Source of the DNA: Tubiluchus corallicola
Lineage: Eukaryota > Animalia > Priapulida
Length of the DNA: 64,000 nt
Reading direction: 5' to 3'
Assembly (NCBI GenBank): GCA_030141605.1
Contig: JAQGDQ010000237.1
Coordinates: 1-64,000, forward strand
In this document: in pieces, positions 1 to 64,000 of the stretch
Numbering within the stretch: the stretch's first letter is position 1
How the letters are laid out: each line of letters starts with the position of its first letter
Position numbers and translations under genes: made by a program
Notes under the pieces: model-generated
What the model was told of the DNA's origin: nothing
What the model saw: the letters and a program-made list of their open reading frames with translations, nothing else
Database searches by the model: none

Positions 1-462
<462 letters not shown>

Positions 463-527
463 CGATTTAGTGTTTGGCAAAATCTGCTGCGTCTGTGACG
501 TAACGTTAAATTTTTCCAACATTTCAG

Positions 528-8771
<8,244 letters not shown>

Positions 8772-10930
8772 TGGACTATTTAAAGCTCATGAATTTGAGC
8801 ATGAATGTGTGCTTGTGCGTGTGGTGTGCATGCGTGTATATTCAGTGTATAGCTTATTGCCAGGTTGCATTAATATTTGTGCATAACAGAAAATACAAGG
8901 TAACTGTAAATAACATTAAGCAAATCAAAAGCTGATTGTATTTGCATGTTGTGAATATGTGTGCTTGCATAGCAAAATCGTCCATAAGGCTATTAAGCTT
9001 TTCTAGTTATTCACATCCCGAATCTCCATTTCATAAGGATCATTTTGATACCAAGTTCATCTCTCTATGTTATTTCTAAGCTGAGATAACCCATGTTGAA
9101 GTTTAGGTGCAGGCTACGCAGTGAAAAACAATCTTAAGAAAATCGCTGTTAAAGTTAGCCATTGTTTTTTGTCGCGTTTCTACAAAGCACTTAGCAACCG
9201 CGCCAATGTTTGTTGTTATGAACTTTGTAAAAGCACATTGAAGTTATGTTTAAATCCAGTAGATGGCTTTTGCTGACGAAGATTTGGGCTTGTGAACAGA
9301 AAAAAACCTGAAGCAAAATGGTGCTTCCACGAGCTACTATAGGAGTTTTGAAAATACAAGTTTTTTACAATTGCTGTACTAGTTTCTAGCCAGAAAAGCG
9401 AGTAAGGAATTATAAAATTAGATTTTTATTATTTTTAAACATTTTCTTGATAATTTAATGCTAGGATATAAAAGTCCAAAATATTTAGCGTTGGTTTTTA
9501 TAAAAAACAAAAAAAATGATATTTGTCCAAATTTTTGGTGCATTCTACTTTGAAGTTTGAAGCATCATAACGTAGTTTTAAGTATGCCGACTTATGGATG
9601 GTTTTGGTTTGCAAGCATACATATAATTCTGTTAACAGTCTACTGTTTTGTAGATTGTCCATCAAGCGACAGCAAAAACCATTCAACACTTAGAGTTAGT
9701 ACTGGCAAAGTAACATACGTGCAATATTTGTAATGACACGGTAATTAATTGGACTTTAACTTCATCATACCGGTCAGAGTCTAGAAAACTTGATGAATTA
9801 TTAAAGTCGTTATATTGACAGAAAAAATCTAAACTTCAGCTCAGGAATCGAACCCGTGGCCTTCTGAAGACATTTATTCCAGGCCACAGTTGTATTCAGT
9901 CTGCCGCATATTATTAGCTAATTATTTAAGATGCAAATGTTTGATAACTGAAATTGACTGATCTAGATGCATAGGTGCTGTTGAAAATTTTAGCAAAGCT
10001 TTTTTTACTAGTTGGCTTCATTTTTGCACAATTTTGGTTTCAAAGTGATGATCGTAGTTGTTGGTCCCAAATGAGCTGTGACAAGACTTACATTTTATTA
10101 CGAATATGTAATTAAAGTCATAATGAGGAAGTAATATATATATATGTATTCAATGGCATACAGTATTAATTCCTAACTGTACTATTATTATACTTGCATT
10201 ACGTGTAAAAACATTATGTTTAATTAACGGTCAAATATAGCATAATTTATGAAGTTTCAGTTTTACACGAAAACAGAATGAAAATGCTCCAACTAAGATT
10301 CTCTGATACTTCTAACTTTTTCTTGGTGGTTTTTGTAAGAGGAAATCGGATGCGAAGGTGTCATTTCCCATAAAAAGTCTGGAACATTATTTCGCACGTT
10401 TTACTCGCTAGATGACGCCAGCAACATTCAGTCCTTAAACATGGCAGTGTTAGCGTCGGATTATCACGTGTAGCATTGTTTACAACTTGGGCGTCACAGA
10501 AAGGACGCGTTATTTAAGGAAGCTGTTGGTAGCACTTCGTTTAGCCTGCCTCGTCCGAAAATTTTAAAACCGAACAAAATGTTTTTGGGGAAAGATACAA
10601 CTTCGAGACCGATCTCAATAGTAAGGAAGCCACGAAATTTTATAAAATTAGTGTCAAATTTTAAGTTACGGTTAGCCTTTTAAAGCAAATAAAACTTATT
10701 ACATTAAATTGGACCCTTAAACAGTTACATTTTTGAGATTAAAACTTTTTAAGTAAAGATTTGTTCTACTTTGAACAGTTTCACTATTAGTGCATAAAAA
10801 TGTAAAAAATCTACAACGTAGCCGAGATCATTGTATAATGTATAGACAACTAACTGAAATATATCGTATGCAGTAGTAATTTGATTTGAATAATTAACAT
10901 TTATTATGCGTTCTGAACTCTAGTCCCTTA

Positions 10931-11242
10931 CCGTTCAGACGAATGAGTTTACTGTCGGGAGTTTCTCTCAGACAGCAAACACGCAAGTGTGAACTGCTTT
11001 GCGAGTTTCTGTTTGCAAGTTATTTCAAACTCTCCAGTAGTTACCGCTAGTTGAATTACCGTCTAGTGTGAACACCTCGGTGAGTTACTCTCGACACTTT
11101 TCGCAGTGAATAGAGAAGTGAGTGTCAGCTTGTGGTTGCTGTCGGAGAGTAACTCACAGCAAGTTTTAGAACTCTAGTGTGAACACGAGGCGAGTTACTT
11201 GGCGAATTAACTTGGGAAGAAAACTCGCTAGTTTGAACGCCC
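10931..11242. mobile_element. Palindromic MITE-like element; partial copy at 3565-3765
   Basis: Imperfect terminal inversion (ccgttcagac..gagttt / aaactcgctagtttgaacg) and shared internal agagtaactcgcagc...gcgagttacttggcga blocks. Confidence 0.6.
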
Positions 11243-12305
11243 TATTACAAGTTAATTATTTGGATTGTTACAATTTCGAATTTGTTTAAGCTTTTTGTTC
11301 CATTTATTGCACGCTTTTTGTGAAAATTCGTAAACTGAAGTTACTTTGCAATTCGTTTGTACAAATGTATAATTTTGGGCATTAACTAAAACTCGTTGCT
11401 CAGTTTTTCTTTAGTTTGGTTGCTGATTGTCGCACAGCTATGGCAATTTGAGCATCTATGCGACGCTAATATGTAGCCTTTCCATTTTAATAGTAGATTT
11501 CTTATTGTCAATAATGTTTAAATAATTTTATGCTGGAAAACGGGATGATATACACAAAAATCATTGAATTCAGCAATGCAAGAGTCGGTGTGCAATTGTT
11601 AAGTTATCCAAATTGGAAAGGCGTCTCATTTTTGCAGATTTTTTGCAGTTGCAGCAAAGCATGTAAAATTTTCATAACTGAAATCGGATAGTTAAAAATA
11701 CTTGATAACTGATAAGGTATAAATAATAAAGTACGTTGTTTGTGTAATAGAAAGTCTGCTGTTTTTTGGGGGAAGCAAATTAAAGAAATCTTAAAAGATA
11801 GTTTTATAAAATTTAATCTAAGTTTTCTTTGTAGAAACACAAAACACAAACATCATTATTTTTCTTTTTAAAAGTAAAACCAATTTAAATTACAATTAAA
11901 ATCTAAAGGAGAACTTCGGTCTATCGAATGATTTGCTTTGAACAATTAACAACAATAACAGCAATCCTGACTAGACACGATGAAACATTTAATGTGGAGA
12001 TCAGAGACTAACGCTGGGTTTAGTCTGATGACATGCAACGCGTGTTTTTGGAAAGCGGCAGTTCTGAGTTCGAATTCAATCAAGAACAGAGTTTTGAAAA
12101 CGTAGGTTAATTAATAAAATGATATGAGATGATAATGTGAGGTGATTATGTACAAAAATAATTTTGTAAACATGAAATTTGGGAAAGACAAATATGCAAC
12201 AACTGTTCAGATTAGGCCTTGGCCTATACAGGAAATGGGACATTTGGAACACGGATGAGTGAAAATCACTGCAAAATTATATACATATATTAATGAATCA
12301 CTTAA

Positions 12306-13221
12306 AGGACAAGAAAAGGGGCACCTGAAGTAGGTTTCAGAAAAATCGCCTTAAAAATTATATTACTGTACAGCAATTTTATGTATATATCGTACTCGCG
12401 TTAAAAGGAATTTTTGTTTGTTTTCATTTTAAATCTCCCGCAATACTGTTCCGAAGTCGCCATTACATAACGTCATATACGCAAACGTAAATCAGGGGAA
12501 GAAAAGACAATGTTAAATTATGTCCCAAAAAACTTTTCATGCAAATCTATATTACTTGGCTTATCGCGTACCTACTGGAAAGACTTATGTAACTAGACTA
12601 ATAGTTTAAAATGTCGCTGACTTACCCTCCAGGCTGCGCCACTCACTGACCAAATAATCACTTTGACAAGATGCAGTAATTTAAAATTTTGCTTAATTAG
12701 CAACATGTACACGAAAACAGAATGAAAATGCTCTAACTAAGATTCTCTGATACTTCTAACTTTGTCTTGGTGGTTTTTGTAAGAGGAAATCGGCTTTCGC
12801 TTGCTTGCTGGAAAGAGTTATGTAGTTAGAAAAGAAAATTATTAATTATTTAAAATGTTTTCACCATTTGGTAAAACGTCGCTAACTCAACCTCCAGGGT
12901 GCACCACTCACTAACCAAAAACGTATTTTTAATCTTGTTGACAAGATACAGTAATTTAAATTTTTACATAGTTAGTGACATGAGTGCTACGAATGCTCTA
13001 ATTATTTTGCAAAGTTTACACAATATTATCTAAACTTGTATCAAACGACCTGTTGTCAAAATAACTGCGTCTAACGGTCATCGCGGGAGTCTAAATTTAC
13101 ATGTTTTATGCAGCGTGACTGCCGACGCAAGCCCTGTATATAAAAAGGCAGTATGTAAGTGATATAAAATTTCAAGACGAAGTTCTTAAGCTCTTGTGTT
13201 TATGAAGGGTTTTCTTGTGCT
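12306..13221 (+). mobile_element. TTAA-flanked non-autonomous DNA transposon, family A (Kolobok-like)
   Basis: Starts ttaa|aggacaagaaaa and ends ttttcttgtgct; homologous copies at 16884-17496, 21236-21727, 24408-26200 (interrupted) and 58075-58582, with inverted pieces at 32745-32960, 52435-52925 and 56177-56224. Confidence 0.75.
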
Positions 13222-13783
13222 TGTTACGTTACCCACAGGACAAAGGATTCTCATTAATGCAAATTCATAGCAAATGATATTTTATCAGCTTCGGGTTAAC
13301 TTCATACTACTGTATTCAGTGGAAAAACAACGTGAATTTTCGTCAAAGAAAATTTATTTCCCTGATTTAGGGAAAAATGCAGCGTATTTTCGGGAAAAGT
13401 GCATCACGTAGACTAGGAAATGTCTTCCTGTATTCACCTCATTGGAAAAACGTCTTTCTCTATAAATTTTTCGCACGTTTCCGCATTACTTCCTGGAAGT
13501 TTTCACAAATAATTCCGCTTTGCTTTTAGTATTTACTTTGTAAGCAAATGAGCAATAATCAAGTGCCTTAATTTTCCCAGCTTTAGCGGGTGAAAGAAAG
13601 GTCACACTGACACAAACAAAATTGTTATGGACAGTTTGGAAACGAAATAATGTTTCAATTGATGTGAATCTGTTCATCTCGTTTGCGAAGCTTTAACTGG
13701 TGAGTAGATGCACGTAACATATGCACTAAACAGCAGAACAGATTAGTAAAAACACTTGGAATTGCGCGATGTTTTAGTTAACT

Positions 13784-60597
<46,814 letters not shown>

Positions 60598-60769
60598 TGC
60601 GGCTTAGCAGAAGAATCCCATTTGCTGATAGATATTGGAAAACGACAGGCGATTTCACTCAGTTTTGTTTTGTATTTTATTGCGCATTGATTAACTTGCT
60701 AAATTACACAATAAACCTGCCTTCTACCAGGCTTTCTCATTTTGCCAGGAGAGACAAAGTCACTCAAAG

Positions 60770-60860
60770 TCACGTGAATCAGATCGTAAAATTCGCAGGA
60801 TTCAGTCGTGAGCCGCTCTACTCGATCATTGCCAAGACCCGCCGCGGCGCATGCGCAAAA
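60770..60860 (-). promoter_or_regulatory. Candidate proximal promoter of the 5-HT2-like gene
   Basis: Local GC/CpG-rich patch ~250 bp upstream of the ATG with the NRF1/EWG-type palindrome GCGCATGCGC (60847-60856) and E-box CACGTG (60771). Confidence 0.35.
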
Positions 60861-63132
60861 GGGTGTACCGCAAAACTGTTGGAAATATGAGTGAATGTAA
60901 TAAAGCTTATTGTAAGGAGATCAAATCAACGTAATTTGGTCGGAAAAATTCGCTCGTAATGCAGAACGTGGCTTGTTGACTATAGCTGACGCACAGTAAA
61001 CGTTCAGAACCTTTTAAATATTTGTATACGCACATGTGTGGACAGAGCTTTATTAAGAGCGAAGTTTTAAACTTCAAATGTTAAGAACCATTTAAATATT
61101 TGTATAATTACATATGTGGATGGAGATTTCCAAAATGTGGATATTGTAGATCTTTGCATTCTGTTTGTTGATATTCTCCATATTGTAAAATATTAACAGT
61201 TTTTACTGATGGTGCAATGTAGAATGACTGTATAAATTGTTTCATTACCATAAAAATTCTCTCCACACACAGAAGTTGTAAAAGCCACAAATAATTGATT
61301 CAGAAAACTTGCACTCAAAAAACATAACCTTTAACATTGCTGTCTTTTGATGAACTAAACTTGCATGCCTTGAGAGAATTGAGATGTAAATCACATGACT
61401 AGAGATTCAAGTTCCTATTGGACGGTACATCATATTCATGCATACAGACCATAAATGGAAAGGTCACCTGTACTCTACAGACTACTAGACACATCAACAT
61501 CAAAGTGTACTTGGCTTCATTGAGCAGAATAAAGACTATTGCATAGAAAGAGCTGTCTTGTGTTTTCTATATTTAACTAGTCATATGACAAATTTCTCTC
61601 TAAGAATAAATTTAACAATTTAGGTCAAATAAACAAATATAAAGGGAAGGAGAAAAACACTTAGAGACTTAATAAACTCATTCCTGATAAGCTCTATACA
61701 ATTTGCCATGAAGGCCTGTAGGTGGCAGCACACATCTTTTCAATACTTTAATGTAGTATACTATTAATTAAACTTTATAAATAGTACAAACAAATACTTT
61801 GTACAATAAGCGACAGATTTTAAGACATTAAAAAGACAAACTATATTTATACATAGGGTCTACTAATGCGGAATGCAGAAGTACCAAGGCTGCCATACTA
61901 AATTTTTCTGTCGAAAAAGTAATACGAACTGCCTGCCGTTTCTTCATCTATTTTTCAAGGTATTCATACTTGCTCCCACCGTGAAATAATAAACAATTAT
62001 AAATAAATGTTAAAACCATTTTTAATTAAGATACGCGTTGTGGATGAAACTCTGCTTAAAGAAAATTCTTGAAACAAAAGTAACCGTTTTAGTTCAAGAT
62101 AACGACAGCATATGAACTGGAGATCACTTTGCCCAAGTATAATATAGCTGAGTGGTTATGTGTGTACTAAGCGATCGAAGTCAAGCTACAACTAATCTGG
62201 CCAGGAAATGGATAGATGACTGTTAGAAAAGCTGTTTCTGGGTCGTTTCATTTGCCCTCCGTCTGTCAGCTACCGATCTCGACAAAGACGGATGTTACTA
62301 AGATGTCTCTGCTGGTTCAGTGTATCATTTTAGAAGATTAACTTTGTTAATAAGATGCTGGTCCTGTCACAACCATGTACATTATGCATTTATGTCAATT
62401 ATTATTGTTTTGTTATGCTATTGTTGCACCTACTGTCCCCCTGGTCAATGAAATTAACTAACTAACTACATATATTAGATTCTAATCTAATAGTAAAGTG
62501 CCTAACTTGCTTTCCACATGACACAATCTACTTACGGACTCACTCGCTGACCCAATTAATCACATCCCATGCTGCTGTAAATGATAAAAGTTTGCTTGTT
62601 CGTTTGCTAACATTTCAAGTTTACTTAATCTTTTGACTTTCAGCTGATCTTTCAATATCATCCTAATGGGTTATGATAATCTAAAATATATACGATGAAT
62701 TCAGTAAAAAAATCTGATGTCGTAGTGATGTCACTCGCGCTTGCACACGTGAGTGGATAATTAACTTCGAGTACTTTGAGCCGGCTCCACTTAATCATTC
62801 AACAACTATGTACCCACACGAAATTTATTAAAAAAACACTTTGTGAAAAGTAAATGACCAAATCTGGAGTAACTACGGTAATTTTTCACAATGCCTTGAC
62901 GGACTTCGTAAAGCAAAAGACAGGAGCTGACTATTAGTCTCCATGAAAAACCAAGACAACGTTTATTTACATATTCTCCTGAATCCGTACCATGCGCGCA
63001 TCGTTACCAAGCAGTAAACATAGAAGGAAAAAATTGTAAAAGAGCAAAACAGACACGTTAAATAAACAAACTAGGAGATTAGTATGTCACAAAAGTTATA
63101 TCCTGTATCCCTGTACAGTGTGTTGCGCCAAA

Positions 63133-63365
63133 AGTGGCAACGAGCAACACTGGCAACAGTTGCAGCGTACACACTAGCAACAGTGGCAGTGAGCAACACT
63201 AGCAACAGTGGCAGCGTACAACACTAGGAACAGTGGCAGGGAGCAACACTGGCAGTGGGCAACACTAGCAACAGTGGCAGGGAGCAACACTGGCAGTGGG
63301 CAACACTAGCAAAGTGGCAGCATACAACACTTGCAACAGTGGCAGCGAGCAACACTTGCAACAGT
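63133..63365. repeat. ~24-bp degenerate minisatellite
   Basis: gcaacactagcaacagtggca units. Confidence 0.88.
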
Positions 63366-63570
63366 AGTATAATAGATTTCGGCTTTTCACTTCAGACTAC
63401 GATTTTAATAGCAATTAGGTTAGAGATACCACTTACTATTATGAAGTGTTTGGAGGCTTCCATTTCACCTTAAAGAAAAACCGCACCCACAACTACTAGC
63501 AACTATATGTAACTTAAAACAACCTACCCTATAAAACATTGAAAGGGAACAATGCTACTTAATCAACAAC

Positions 63571-64000
63571 GTTTTACGTTGAAGAGTTTATTACCACAGA
63601 AACGTAGCGTTTGCTAGGCTAGTTCCTCGCAGTTTTACGTTGAAGAGTTTATTACCACAGAAACGTAGCGTTTGCTTGGCTAGTTCTTCGCAGTTTTACG
63701 TTGAAGAGTTTATTACCACAGAAACGTAGCGTTTGCTTGCCTAGTTCTTCGCAGTTTTACGTTGAAGAGTTTATTACCACAGAAACGTAGCGTTTGTTCG
63801 GCTAGTTCTTCGCAGTTTTACGTTGAAGAGTTTATTACCACAGAAAGGTAGCGTTTGCTCGGCTAGTTCTTCGCAGTTTTACGTTGAAGAGTTTATTACC
63901 ACAGAAACGTAGCGTTTGCTCGGCTAGTTCTTCGCAGTTTTACGTTGAAGAGTTTATTACCACAGAAACGTAGCGTTTGCTCGGCTAGTTCTTCGCAGTT
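63571..64000. repeat. 61-bp tandem repeat, at least 7 units, runs off the window end
   Basis: Unit gttttacgttgaagagtttattaccacagaaacgtagcgtttgctcggctagttcttcgca. Confidence 0.96.

Overview
AT-rich, microsatellite-dense intron-containing DNA from an animal, most likely an invertebrate bilaterian (inference from the receptor sequences and repeat types). It holds two convergent GPCR genes. (1) The 3' part of a relaxin-family receptor (RXFP1/2-like, LGR type C) on + at 528-8771: five 72-nt and one 69-nt phase-2 LRR exons, hinge/7TM exons and a probable last exon; its 5' end lies upstream of the window. (2) A complete 3-exon 5-HT2-type serotonin receptor on - (60597-60252, 19009-18852, 15025-13784; 581 aa) with a ~41-kb first intron and DRC in place of DRY. 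The introns and intergenic DNA hold non-autonomous DNA transposons (TTAA-flanked Kolobok-like and piggyBac-like, hAT, Tc1/pogo), a Helitron, LINE fragments, an internally deleted RTE element, SINEs and many mini- and microsatellites. The most unusual signal: in both genes the 3' end of a coding exon plus its GTAAGT splice donor is amplified into a tandem array with a unit length divisible by 3 (138 bp x7 and 54 bp x14). In each array an in-frame stop lies between the first donor and the rest. There are also two locally templated insertions with flanking duplications, a three-level nested TE stack and a long fold-back next to a 5-HT2 splice acceptor. Everything was read by eye; no database search was run, so TE family names rest on terminal structure and remembered motifs.
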